Assembly (NCBI GenBank): GCA_045130665.1
Contig: JBGUQC010000004.1
Coordinates: 434,283-498,282 of the forward strand
DNA: 64,000 nt
Source of the DNA: Christensenellales bacterium
GTDB lineage: Bacteria > Bacillota > Clostridia > Christensenellales > CAG-917
Reading direction: 5' to 3'
Both the position numbers and the translations under genes were made by a program. Every line of letters starts with the position of its first letter. Within the stretch, counting starts at the first letter, position 1. The notes below the pieces were generated by a model. That model worked only from the letters and a program-made list of their open reading frames with translations. It was not told the DNA's origin and did no database searches. Positions 17,682 through 27,538 of the stretch are shown here, one piece after another.

Positions 17682-18530
17682 TTATTTAATATTGTTTTGA
17701 AGCTTGTATGCCATTACTGAGTTTGCCATTAACATGGTAACTGTCATTGGACCTACACCACCTGGAACTGGTGTAATGTATGAACACTTCTCTGCTACTT
17801 CTGCATAGTCTACGTCTCCGCATAACTTGCCGTTTTCATCTCTGTCCATACCAACATCAATTACAACTGCGCCTTCCTTAACCCAGTCTTTCTTTACCAT
17901 CTTGGCTTTACCAATGGCAACACATAAAATATCTGCACCAGCACATACCTTGTCTAAGTCTTTTGTTCTACTATGACAAATAGTTACTGTACAGTTTCTA
18001 TCTAATAATAATTGAGCTAGTGGTTTACCAACTAAATTACTTCTTCCAACCATAACAGCCATCTTGCCTTCTAATGGAATATTATAGAAGTCTAATAAAC
18101 GCATTACACCATAAGGTGTACATGGTATCATTTCAGCTTTGCCAATCCACAATTTACCCTTTTGTGCATAGTGGTTTCCATCTACATCTTTATCTGGAGA
18201 TATTGCTGTTAATAGTTCATACTCATTAAGATGCTTAGGAATTGGTAATTGTAGCATTAAACCGTTAACGCTCTTGTCATTATTTAGTTTATCTATTTCT
18301 TTTAATACTTCTTCTCTAGAAACATCTGCAGGAAGTTTAACTAGTGTTGAATTAATACCAACCTCTGCACATGCATTAATTTTATTTCTTACATAAACTT
18401 GAGAAGCTGGATCATCTCCAATAAGTATAACAGCAAGACCAATTTTGCCTTCTGCACCAATCTTAATGATTTCTTCTTTTAGTTGTTCTCTTGTTGTTTT
18501 AGCAACCAACTTACCATCTATAATTTGCAT
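17682..18530 (-). CDS. folD: bifunctional methylene-THF dehydrogenase / methenyl-THF cyclohydrolase
   Basis: 282 aa with DPASQVYVRNK, VGRSNLVGKPLAQLL and PVPGGVGPMT. Confidence 0.9.
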   Translation of the reverse strand: MQIIDGKLVAKTTREQLKEEIIKIGAEGKIGLAVILIGDDPASQVYVRNKINACAEVGINSTLVKLPADVSREEVLKEIDKLNNDKSVNGLMLQLPIPKHLNEYELLTAISPDKDVDGNHYAQKGKLWIGKAEMIPCTPYGVMRLLDFYNIPLEGKMAVMVGRSNLVGKPLAQLLLDRNCTVTICHSRTKDLDKVCAGADILCVAIGKAKMVKKDWVKEGAVVIDVGMDRDENGKLCGDVDYAEVAEKCSYITPVPGGVGPMTVTMLMANSVMAYKLQNNIK

Positions 18531-18543
18531 TCTCCCCTCCTAA

Positions 18544-20049
18544 TTAGCTTCTAGTTGTTGTTTCTTTCTTGATAACATCATGTGCACCACCTTCAACGAT
18601 GGATGTAGCAGAAACTAATGTCAATTTTGCCTTATCATGGAATTCCTTTATATTAATAGCACCACAGTTACACATTGTGGACTTAATCTTATGGATACTT
18701 CTTTCTACGTTGTCATGTAAAGAACCAGCATATGGAACATAACTATCTACGCCCTCTTCGAAGACCATTCCTTTCTTATCTTCACCAAGGTCATATCTTT
18801 GCCAGTTTCTAGCTCTATTGCTTCCTTCACCCCAGTACTCTTTAACGTATGAACCATTCATAAATAATTTATTTGTTGGAGATTCATCAAAACGTGCAAA
18901 GTATCTACCAAGCATTAAGAAGTCTGCGCCCATTGCTAAAGCAAGTGTCATATGATAGTCGTAAACAATACCACCATCTGAACATACTGGAATATAAATA
19001 CCTGTTTCCTTGAAATATTCATCTCTTGCTTTTACAACTTCGATAAGAGCAGTAGCTTGTCCTCTACCAATACCCTTTTGTTCTCTTGTAATACAAATAG
19101 AACCGCCACCAATACCTACTTTAATAAAGTCTGCACCAGCTTCTGCAAGGAATCTAAATCCATCAGCATCTACAACGTTACCTGCGCCAATCTTAACCTT
19201 GTCACCATATTTGGATCTAACAAAGTCTAATGCGTTCTTTTGCCATACGCTGAAGCCTTCTGAACTATCTAAACATATTACATCTGCGCCTGCATCAATA
19301 ACTGCAGGAATTCTATCTGCGAAGTCTCTGGTGTTTACACCAGCACCAACTATGAATCTCTTATGAGCATCCAAATTCTCCAATGGGTGAATCTTGTGTG
19401 AATCATAGTCTTTTCTGAATACTAGGTATTGTAAATTACCATTCTTGTCTACAATTGGGAGCGTATTTAATTTGTGATCCCAGATGATATCGTTTGCATC
19501 TGATAAAGATGTTCCCTCTTTAGCAGTAATAAGTTTTGAAATAGGTGTCATATATTTCTCAACTTTTTCATCCATAGAAACCTTGCTTGGTCTATAATCT
19601 CTGCTTGTTAAAATACCTAAGAGTTTTCCATTAGATGTGCCATCATCTGTTACTGGCATTGTGCTGTGTCCTGTTGCTTCCTTCATCTTAATAACTTCAC
19701 CTAATGTTGTGTTTGGTGTTAAGTTACTATCTGATACAACAAAACCTGCCTTATATTTCTTAACCTTCTTTACCATTTCTGCTTCACTTTCAATTGCTTG
19801 TGAACAGAAAATGAAAGATAGTCCACCTTCTTTTGCAAGTGCAACTGCCATCTTATCATCAGATACAGATTGCATAATTGCAGATGTGAATGGAATTTTT
19901 AAAGAGATATCACTCTTTGCGCCCTTCTTAAATTTAACTAAAGGTGTTTCTAAGGTTACTGCACTTGGTACACAATTTGCATCTGTGTATCCAGGTATTA
20001 ATAAATACTCGCTAAATGTTCTTGATGGTTCTTCGTAGATGTATGCCAT
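18544..20049 (-). CDS. guaB: IMP dehydrogenase (with CBS pair)
   Basis: 501 aa with the catalytic loop [12 protein letters not shown], a CBS insert, and [23 protein letters not shown]. Confidence 0.85.
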   Translation of the reverse strand: MAYIYEEPSRTFSEYLLIPGYTDANCVPSAVTLETPLVKFKKGAKSDISLKIPFTSAIMQSVSDDKMAVALAKEGGLSFIFCSQAIESEAEMVKKVKKYKAGFVVSDSNLTPNTTLGEVIKMKEATGHSTMPVTDDGTSNGKLLGILTSRDYRPSKVSMDEKVEKYMTPISKLITAKEGTSLSDANDIIWDHKLNTLPIVDKNGNLQYLVFRKDYDSHKIHPLENLDAHKRFIVGAGVNTRDFADRIPAVIDAGADVICLDSSEGFSVWQKNALDFVRSKYGDKVKIGAGNVVDADGFRFLAEAGADFIKVGIGGGSICITREQKGIGRGQATALIEVVKARDEYFKETGIYIPVCSDGGIVYDYHMTLALAMGADFLMLGRYFARFDESPTNKLFMNGSYVKEYWGEGSNRARNWQRYDLGEDKKGMVFEEGVDSYVPYAGSLHDNVERSIHKIKSTMCNCGAINIKEFHDKAKLTLVSATSIVEGGAHDVIKKETTTRS

Positions 20050-20064
20050 TTTTCTCTCCTTTTA

Positions 20065-20097
20065 CAAAAAGAGCAGTCTGCATAACGCAGTCTGCCC
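20065..20097 (-). promoter_or_regulatory. terminator-like hairpin inside the guaB 5' leader (candidate attenuator)
   Basis: Minus strand reads GGGCAGACTGC-gttat-GCAGACTGCTC followed by TTTTTG. The SD AAAGGAGAG follows shortly after the hairpin, and a TTGACT -35-like hexamer lies ~140 nt further upstream. Confidence 0.45.
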
Positions 20098-20243
20098 TTT
20101 TATCATGCTTTATCTATCCCAACATAGGGATTCGGTTATAAATACATATTTAATTTGTAACAATTTATTTTTCATGCGCCTATATTAACCCTAATTATAT
20201 TAGCAAGTCAAACAATAATAATGATTTTTAATCATTTTTATTT

Positions 20244-21869
20244 TTACCAGCCAATTTCTGTGATAATCTTGATAACATCTTCACCTGTTACGTTTGTGAA
20301 GTCTGTACCAACAACGTTGTGCTCGTGAGCATATGTCTTTACATGGTCTTTATTGCCATATAATTCTTCGATTTCAGCTTCTGTATGTCCACAAAGTAAT
20401 GAATAAAGAGGAACTACTTTATCACCTGCCATCTTGCTATACTTATTCACTGTACCCTTTGCATCATCCATGCTGAATGTCCAACCTGCATCAATGCTTT
20501 CATCGTATGTTGTAATAGTATTGTTTTGGCCGTATCCAATGAGGTAGTAAGAATTTACCAAGTCTGCTGCAATTACTTCTTTACCATCTTTTTCTACATA
20601 TAATGAATGTTGATGTTCTCTTAATGATGCAACTTTATCCTTTAATACAGGCTTTCCGTTTTCCATCTTAACAGTACCATCTGCATTGTGTTGAACTGCC
20701 CAATCATGGTCATAATAGAAATCGAACAATTTGTCTTCTGTATCAATGTCATTTCCATATTTGTCTTTAAGAATCCAAATACCTTCAGCCTCATGATATG
20801 TTTCGAGCAATTTAAAGCTTGGTAATAATTGAATTACTGATGACATATTTTGTAAGAATGATTTTGCTTGATAATTCATTAATCCATCAACTTTGTCAAA
20901 GACTGAATCTACTACAGTTGATATCATAGCATTATCACCAAACATATCTGTCACTCCATCAATCATACCAACAAAATCATCTAATGCATCCCATAAATTA
21001 TCTAAATATGCAAGAGCCATTGTTGCTCCTAATGTTGCTGGTGAATACATAATAAATGCTTCAACCATATCTCTATGAGCTTGAGATTTTGCTAAGAAAT
21101 AGTTACAGACTTGTCCACCTAATGAGTGTGTTGTTAATACTATCTTGCTGTACTTTTTCTCTGCTAAGAATTGTTCAAACAATGCTTCATTGTGTTCAAC
21201 ATCTAAACGCCAATCATAGTTGAATACAACAACATCATAATCTGGATATTTTTCAGAAAGTGTTACTACTTGTGATTTATATGCGCCTAAAACACCATAA
21301 ATAAGGTTTTCATATGGTCCAGTATAATCATTTGTTGGAACAATGTTTGGATTTAATGGGTTGCCATGTTCATCTAATGAAAGATTGTGTAAAAGATTCT
21401 TGTTTAATGAACCATATTCTTCAACATACTCAGCTATTTCATCTTCATCAGCATCTGCATCTGGATAATTTAAAATAGGCCATAATAATTCTTCTAGAAC
21501 ATAGCTAAGGAAACTATTATATTTTGTATCGCCATATTCATCTTTAATGAAATCAACTTTAGTATCCATTACTTTACTAATAACGTCTTGGAGTTCTTCT
21601 GATCCCATCATGTCATCCAATTCTAATAGTGCAAGTACATCAGGAAGTGTCACGTCAACAAAATAGAAAGGATCCCAAAGTGCATCTCCTGTCTTGTTGT
21701 CATATAGACCACCAGAACAAAGAGCTGTTACTAATACAATTGCCTTGTCATTGCCGCCTCTTTTCTCAATTAATGATGAGTTTACTGAACATGCTGCAAG
21801 TGATACAGCAGATACTAGTAATACAACAACGAGAACTAGGCAAATCAAAATCTTGGAATGTTTTTTCAT
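20244..21869 (-). CDS. secreted lipoprotein lipase/esterase (alpha/beta hydrolase, LCAT/PGAP1-like)
   Basis: 541 aa. MKKHSKILICLVLVVVLLVSAVSLAAC is a signal peptide plus lipobox, and the nucleophile elbow is LTTHSLGGQV. Confidence 0.6.
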   Translation of the reverse strand: MKKHSKILICLVLVVVLLVSAVSLAACSVNSSLIEKRGGNDKAIVLVTALCSGGLYDNKTGDALWDPFYFVDVTLPDVLALLELDDMMGSEELQDVISKVMDTKVDFIKDEYGDTKYNSFLSYVLEELLWPILNYPDADADEDEIAEYVEEYGSLNKNLLHNLSLDEHGNPLNPNIVPTNDYTGPYENLIYGVLGAYKSQVVTLSEKYPDYDVVVFNYDWRLDVEHNEALFEQFLAEKKYSKIVLTTHSLGGQVCNYFLAKSQAHRDMVEAFIMYSPATLGATMALAYLDNLWDALDDFVGMIDGVTDMFGDNAMISTVVDSVFDKVDGLMNYQAKSFLQNMSSVIQLLPSFKLLETYHEAEGIWILKDKYGNDIDTEDKLFDFYYDHDWAVQHNADGTVKMENGKPVLKDKVASLREHQHSLYVEKDGKEVIAADLVNSYYLIGYGQNNTITTYDESIDAGWTFSMDDAKGTVNKYSKMAGDKVVPLYSLLCGHTEAEIEELYGNKDHVKTYAHEHNVVGTDFTNVTGEDVIKIITEIGW

Positions 21870-21900
21870 ATTTTCTCCCTTATCTTAAGTAAGATTCAGC

Positions 21901-23181
21901 TTATTTTGCTTTTGTTTTTGTTATTACGAGTTCCATACGTGCTTGTTTAATTGCACTTATAAGAACATCTATTGCATAATCCATCTCTTCAACACTTGGA
22001 CAAGATGGAGCTATACGAATATTTGAGTTTTTGTCATCAATCTTGTATGGGAATGTTGCACCAGCAGCTGTAAACTTAACACCACCCTCTGCAGCAATCT
22101 CAACAATACGTTTTGCACAACTCTTAACATCTAATGAAATAAAGTATCCACCCTTTGGATGAGACCACTTAACATATTCATCACCTTCAAATGCTTCACT
22201 CATCTTTTGCTCGAATAATTCAAACTTTGGACGAAGGATGTCAGCATGTTGTTTCATAATCTCTTTAACACCACTTAAATCCTTTAAGAATTCTGCATGC
22301 ATTACTTGGTTGATTTTGTTAGGACCAATTGTGCAATAGAACATATGTTTCAAAATTGATTTAATATTTGTTTCACTTGCAGCCATTGCAGCAATTCCAG
22401 ATCCTGCAAATGTAACTTTAGATGTGGATGCAAATGAGTAAATTCTGTCTATTGTTCCTGCTTTTCTAGCAACATCAAAGATGTTCTTTAATTTATCTTC
22501 GGTGTCATATAATGAGTGAACAACATAAGCATTATCCCAGAATACTCTAAAGTCTGGAGCTGCAACTTTCATTGTTGCAATTCTCTCAACAACTTTATCT
22601 GAGAATGTTACACCAGTTGGATTTGAATACTTTGGTACACACCAAATACCCTTTACTGCTGGATCTGATGCAACGATAGGTTCAATAATATCCATATCTG
22701 GACCATCTTGTGTCATTGGAACTGTTATCATTTCAATGCCAAAATCTTCACAGATAGAGAAATGTCTGTCATAACCTGGTGCTGGACAAATAAATTTAAT
22801 CTTTTCTTGTTTGTTCCATGGTTCATTATCTAATACACCAAATTGCATAGCAAATTGGATAACGTTATACATTATTGTTAAAGATGATCCATCTCCAACT
22901 ATAACTTCTTCTGGATAAACATCAAATATTTCCGCAAATAAATCAATTGCTGGCTTTACACCCTGTATTTGTCCGTAATTTCTTGCATCCCCAGCTTTTA
23001 GTGCATAATCATATGTTGCTGCTTTTTCAAGCATTGGCATACAAATGTCTAATTGTGCCTTAGCAGGTCTTCCTCTTGTCATGTCAACTTGAAGACCTTT
23101 CTTTGTCAATTTCTTAAATGCTTTTTGCTCTTCTTGAAGTTGATTTTCAACTTCCTCGATAGAAAACTTTCCGTAATCCAT
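21901..23181 (-). CDS. class I/II-fold PLP-dependent aminotransferase
   Basis: 426 aa with MTRGRPAKAQLD, the PLP-lysine region FASTSKVTFAGSG, and DNAY. Confidence 0.65.
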   Translation of the reverse strand: MDYGKFSIEEVENQLQEEQKAFKKLTKKGLQVDMTRGRPAKAQLDICMPMLEKAATYDYALKAGDARNYGQIQGVKPAIDLFAEIFDVYPEEVIVGDGSSLTIMYNVIQFAMQFGVLDNEPWNKQEKIKFICPAPGYDRHFSICEDFGIEMITVPMTQDGPDMDIIEPIVASDPAVKGIWCVPKYSNPTGVTFSDKVVERIATMKVAAPDFRVFWDNAYVVHSLYDTEDKLKNIFDVARKAGTIDRIYSFASTSKVTFAGSGIAAMAASETNIKSILKHMFYCTIGPNKINQVMHAEFLKDLSGVKEIMKQHADILRPKFELFEQKMSEAFEGDEYVKWSHPKGGYFISLDVKSCAKRIVEIAAEGGVKFTAAGATFPYKIDDKNSNIRIAPSCPSVEEMDYAIDVLISAIKQARMELVITKTKAK

Positions 23182-23248
23182 TTTTTATCTCCGTAAAATA
23201 TCTTTCATAATACCATAATGTTGCAATTTATTGCAATACTACGGTATT

Positions 23249-24568
23249 CTAATCGTCGTCTTTCGTTCCTCTAAAAATGAGCTTAATTGGCGTTCCTGAG
23301 AAATCAAACGCATTTCTAAGTGCATTTTCTAGGTATCTTTTATAGCTAAAGTGTAATTCTAACGGCTCGTTTACCTTAAAAACGAATGTTGGTGGTTGAA
23401 TAGACACTTGAGTCACATATTGTATTTTTATTCTTCTTCCGTTGGCCGCTGGTGGTTCATTAATACTGATTGCTTCTTGCAATACTTCGTTTAATAATCC
23501 AGTGGTAATTCTTCTCTTTGCATTCTCTAAAACTTTCTTGCAAGCCGGTAAAATTGTGTTAACTCTTTGGCCACTCTTTGCTGAAATATAGAATGATTGC
23601 AAATAGTTCATAAACTTGAGGTTTTCTTTTAACTTATCTTCAAATTTATTGATTGTGTATGTGTTCTTCTCTACTGCATCCCACTTGTTCATGCAAATAA
23701 TTGAAGGCTTGCCTTCATCATGAACATATCCTGCAATTTTTATATCTTGTTCTGTTAAACCTTCCGTTGCATCACACATGATAATGACAACATCTGCCCT
23801 TCTAACTGCAAGTAATGAACGCATAACTGAATATCTTTCTAAATCTAGAGAGATATTGCCCTTTCTTCTCATACCTGCTGTATCAATTAATACATACTTG
23901 TCTTCACCAATTTGGAAGTGTGTATCTATTGCATCTCTTGTGGTACCAGCAATAGGTGAAACAATAACTCTGTCATAACCTAAAATCTTGTTTGTTAGGG
24001 ATGATTTACCAGTATTTGGACGTCCAACAATTGCAATCTTAATTGCATCTGCATCTTCATCTGGATCTACCTTTGGAATTGCCTCAACTAAGGCATCACA
24101 TAAATCACCCAATCCTTTGGATTGTTCTGCAGAAATTCCAATTGGTGTACCAAATCCAAGTGAGTAAAAATCATAGAGTGTATCTATCTCGTTATTATCC
24201 AATTTGTTAACTGCAACAATAACAGGAACAGAACAGTTCTTTCTTAAGAAACTAGCAATGGCTGTGTCATCAAGAGATAGCCCTGTTTTACCATCTAAAA
24301 CAAATAAAATTGCATCTGCATTTTCAACAGCAATTTCAACTTGAGCTCTGATGTGTGTCCACATCTCATCTTCACTCTTTAACTCTAGTCCACCTGTATC
24401 AATTAATGTAAAAGCATGACCAGTCCATTCACAGTCTGCATATACTCTATCTCTTGTAACTCCAGGAGTATTTTCTACAATAGAAATTCTTTCTCCAACG
24501 AGTCTGTTAAAGAGAGTAGATTTTCCAACATTAGGTCTTCCAACAACTGCAATTAAAGGCTTGGACAT
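23249..24568 (-). CDS. der: ribosome-biogenesis GTPase Der/EngA (tandem G domains + KH-like)
   Basis: 439 aa with two P-loops, GRPNVGKST and GRPNTGKSS, plus DTGG/DTAG and NKLD/NKWD. Confidence 0.95.
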   Translation of the reverse strand: MSKPLIAVVGRPNVGKSTLFNRLVGERISIVENTPGVTRDRVYADCEWTGHAFTLIDTGGLELKSEDEMWTHIRAQVEIAVENADAILFVLDGKTGLSLDDTAIASFLRKNCSVPVIVAVNKLDNNEIDTLYDFYSLGFGTPIGISAEQSKGLGDLCDALVEAIPKVDPDEDADAIKIAIVGRPNTGKSSLTNKILGYDRVIVSPIAGTTRDAIDTHFQIGEDKYVLIDTAGMRRKGNISLDLERYSVMRSLLAVRRADVVIIMCDATEGLTEQDIKIAGYVHDEGKPSIICMNKWDAVEKNTYTINKFEDKLKENLKFMNYLQSFYISAKSGQRVNTILPACKKVLENAKRRITTGLLNEVLQEAISINEPPAANGRRIKIQYVTQVSIQPPTFVFKVNEPLELHFSYKRYLENALRNAFDFSGTPIKLIFRGTKDDD

Positions 24569-24584
24569 AATCTATACCTCCCTA

Positions 24585-25673
24585 TTAATCATCTGTATTG
24601 ATGTAAGCACAAACATAGTTAGCTATGTTTGATATATCTGAAAACTCTACCCACTTTAATCCTGCTTGAGTTAGAGAATCTTTTTTGTTTGTTTCAAGTA
24701 ATGTATATAAACAATCCACAATATCAATTGGCTCTTTTGCACGAACTATTAATCCTTTAGAAAGTAAGAAAGTTAACTCTTCTCTGTTCTTTGGATCATA
24801 GCAACAAATTGGTTTTCCAAGTTGGAATCCCTTACATATTAAAGCTGCATCTGAGTCTGTGAATATAATATCTGCAACTGCAATGTAGTTATCATAGTCT
24901 TCAACAGATGTTATCAATTGTACGTTGTTTGCACCTTTATCATTAATGATCTTTCTTATCTTAGATAAGTCTGAATCTGCAACAAAGGCAATAACATTAC
25001 AAATTCTACCTTGGTCTATTAGAAGATTGAATATCTCCATTTCAACACTCTTTCCTCTAAAGTCAATTAAAACTGTGGTTGTGTTAGGTATACCTAAATT
25101 TTGTTTTAATGTCTCAATTTCAAAAGGTGTTTTCTTTAAAGCAACATATGGAAGTCCCATAACAAGAACGTCTTTGGAGAGTGCACCATATCTAATAAGT
25201 GCTTGTTTTTGTTCTTGGTTGTCCACAATATATGCAGATGTTTCTATGTTATAAATATTTTCACAAGTGAATTTATCCACAACACAAATGATTGGGACTG
25301 AGAACTTGAATAATGATTTTGCTTGGCAAGCAACTACATGTGCAAGTTGTGTAACACAGACAATACATGTTGGATTATATCTAATAACTGCATTACGAAT
25401 TCTTCTTGCACTAGTATTTCTACCCTTCTTTACATTTTTATCGGCCTTGATTTTGTCATCTTTTCTTTCTAGATATTTTTCATAAACAGAAATAATCTTC
25501 TCATTAATTCTCTTTGAGAATTTTGCTTGGCCGTATTGACTGTATTTATCATCAGAGATAATAACAACGTTGTGTGTTCCAACTTCTTTTATTGCATTAC
25601 TTAAATTAGCCGAGACATTACCCTTCTCGTCATGTGAAGTAATTATTAAAATAATTGGTTTTTTATCTTCCAT
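24585..25673 (-). CDS. GT-B-fold-like protein (UgtP/MurG-like architecture, motifs degenerate), function unknown
   Basis: About 362 aa. The start is set at ATG 25673 (MEDKK; GAGG 6 nt upstream) rather than the TTG overlapping rnj. The two Rossmann-like halves resemble MGDG-synthase-type transferases only loosely. Confidence 0.35.
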   Translation of the reverse strand: MEDKKPIILIITSHDEKGNVSANLSNAIKEVGTHNVVIISDDKYSQYGQAKFSKRINEKIISVYEKYLERKDDKIKADKNVKKGRNTSARRIRNAVIRYNPTCIVCVTQLAHVVACQAKSLFKFSVPIICVVDKFTCENIYNIETSAYIVDNQEQKQALIRYGALSKDVLVMGLPYVALKKTPFEIETLKQNLGIPNTTTVLIDFRGKSVEMEIFNLLIDQGRICNVIAFVADSDLSKIRKIINDKGANNVQLITSVEDYDNYIAVADIIFTDSDAALICKGFQLGKPICCYDPKNREELTFLLSKGLIVRAKEPIDIVDCLYTLLETNKKDSLTQAGLKWVEFSDISNIANYVCAYINTDD

Positions 25674-25674
25674 A

Positions 25675-27327
25675 CTACGCCTCAATAAAAATAGGTAATA
25701 CTATTGGGAATGAATTATTTCTCATTAGCATCTTAGATACTGCTCTTTTTACTTGGTATCCAACTTCAGTTAAGTCTTCACAACTTCTTTGAGTTGCAAT
25801 TGTTTCTGCAACCTTTTCGCAGATTTTAACTTCTAAATACTCATCCATTGGGAAACCTTTTGCAATAATCTCTGGATAACCATCTACTACACATCTCTTT
25901 ACATCAATAGATGCTAGTATCATTACCATACCATCTTTTGCAAGTTTCTTTCTTTCCTCAACGATTTTCTCGCCATCTTGGATGATATCTTCGTCTATAT
26001 ATACCTTACCTGCTTTGCAAGTTCCGTATAAGTGCATGAAATTTTCAGATACAGACCAAATCTCTCCAATGTTTGGAACAGCTATGTTTTTAGACTTAAT
26101 GCCTTGACTTTGTGCAAGTGCAGCATGTCTTGCTTGATGTCTGTATTCACCATGAATAGGCATGAAATATTTTGGTTTTACCAAAGATAACATCTCTTTT
26201 AATTCTTCTTCATATGCATGTCCAGATACATGGACATCATTTAAAGAATCATATATAACATCACAGCCCATTCTGTATAAATCATTAACAACATCAAATA
26301 TGCTTTGTTCATTACCTGGAATTGGTGAGGATGAGAATACAATAACGTCCTTTCCAGAAACAGATAATACATTGGATGAATCCTTGCTCATTTTGTATAA
26401 AGCACTCATGTCTTCGCCTTGAGATCCTGTTGCAATAATTACAACTTGATTTGGCTTTAAATTATCTATTTTGTTAACAATTATTCCTTTAGGAATATCT
26501 AACTCTCCAACAGATTGAGAAACATCTACAATTCCCTTCATACTTTTGCCTGCAAGTAATACCTTTCTATTGTACTTTCTTGCAATGTTAAGTATCTCTT
26601 GAATTCTGTAATTTGAGGATGCAAAAGTGGTGATAATAATACGTCTGTACATGTATTCTCTAAAGATACTCTCTAATCCTTCCATAACAACTTTTTCAGA
26701 TTGAGAATGTCCCTTTCTTTCTACATTTGTACTCTCACCAAGCATTAACAAAACTTTTTCAGAACCAACTCTTGCAATTCTTTGAAGGTCTGTGTTCTTT
26801 CCATCCACTGCTGTGGAGTCAAACTTGAAATCTCCTGTATCAAATACCACACCAACTGGTGTATGTATTGCAAGAGCACAAGAACCTGCCATAGAGTGTG
26901 CAACTTTAATGAATTCAATGGTAAAACAACCGCACTTTACAGTTTGGCCTTCGTTTACTGTCTTTAAATTCATAGTTGTTTTGTTTTCTCTTAAATGTCT
27001 ATCAACTAAACCAAGAGTTAGAGCTGTTCCATATACTGGAACCTTCTTGAAAATCTCTGAATAATATCTTAATGCACCTATATGATCTTCGTGGCCGTGA
27101 GTTAAGAAAATACCTTTTAATTTTTTCATGTTTTGCTGGACATAACTAATATCTGGGACAACGGCATCTATACCATATATCTCATCATAACCAAATGCTT
27201 GTCCGCAATCTAGGATTATCATTTCATCTTCATATTCTAGGACAGTCATGTTCTTGCCAATCTCACCTACACCACCTAAAAAGATGACTTTTAATCCATT
27301 CTCTTTTTTCTTAATTTCTTTGCTCAT
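25675..27327 (-). CDS. rnj: ribonuclease J (beta-lactamase/beta-CASP)
   Basis: 550 aa with LGGVGEIGKNMTVLEY, THGHEDHIG, and the beta-CASP and C-terminal domains. Confidence 0.9.
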   Translation of the reverse strand: MSKEIKKKENGLKVIFLGGVGEIGKNMTVLEYEDEMIILDCGQAFGYDEIYGIDAVVPDISYVQQNMKKLKGIFLTHGHEDHIGALRYYSEIFKKVPVYGTALTLGLVDRHLRENKTTMNLKTVNEGQTVKCGCFTIEFIKVAHSMAGSCALAIHTPVGVVFDTGDFKFDSTAVDGKNTDLQRIARVGSEKVLLMLGESTNVERKGHSQSEKVVMEGLESIFREYMYRRIIITTFASSNYRIQEILNIARKYNRKVLLAGKSMKGIVDVSQSVGELDIPKGIIVNKIDNLKPNQVVIIATGSQGEDMSALYKMSKDSSNVLSVSGKDVIVFSSSPIPGNEQSIFDVVNDLYRMGCDVIYDSLNDVHVSGHAYEEELKEMLSLVKPKYFMPIHGEYRHQARHAALAQSQGIKSKNIAVPNIGEIWSVSENFMHLYGTCKAGKVYIDEDIIQDGEKIVEERKKLAKDGMVMILASIDVKRCVVDGYPEIIAKGFPMDEYLEVKICEKVAETIATQRSCEDLTEVGYQVKRAVSKMLMRNNSFPIVLPIFIEA

Positions 27328-27538
27328 CTATGTCTCCATCTAGCAATAGGCACTAGATACCCATTATATAATAATTTTATTAAGTATATATTTTTTTCTA
27401 TACATACGCAACTAAAAATAATTTTAATAATTTAATATCTATACAAATACTAATTATTGTTTTTAATTGCTTTACTTTATTTTTTTTCATAGTGTATAAT
27501 TTTTTCCAACTTGAATATTATTCAAAAAGGAGATAAAA

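Noticed and set aside
20050-20215. Purine (guanine) riboswitch, ZTP/pfl, ykkC-type or T-box element in the guaB leader; also a purine riboswitch upstream of ade (47790-47996)
   Set aside because: I could not find the TATAAT-P2-P3 three-way junction with the conserved loop and junction sequences, nor the other families' signature blocks. Only a terminator-like hairpin is supported.
27338-27358. ATCTAG-N9-CTAGAT hairpin in the RNase J 5' UTR as an autoregulatory element
   Set aside because: It is a 6-bp AT-rich stem of marginal stability with no supporting conservation information.
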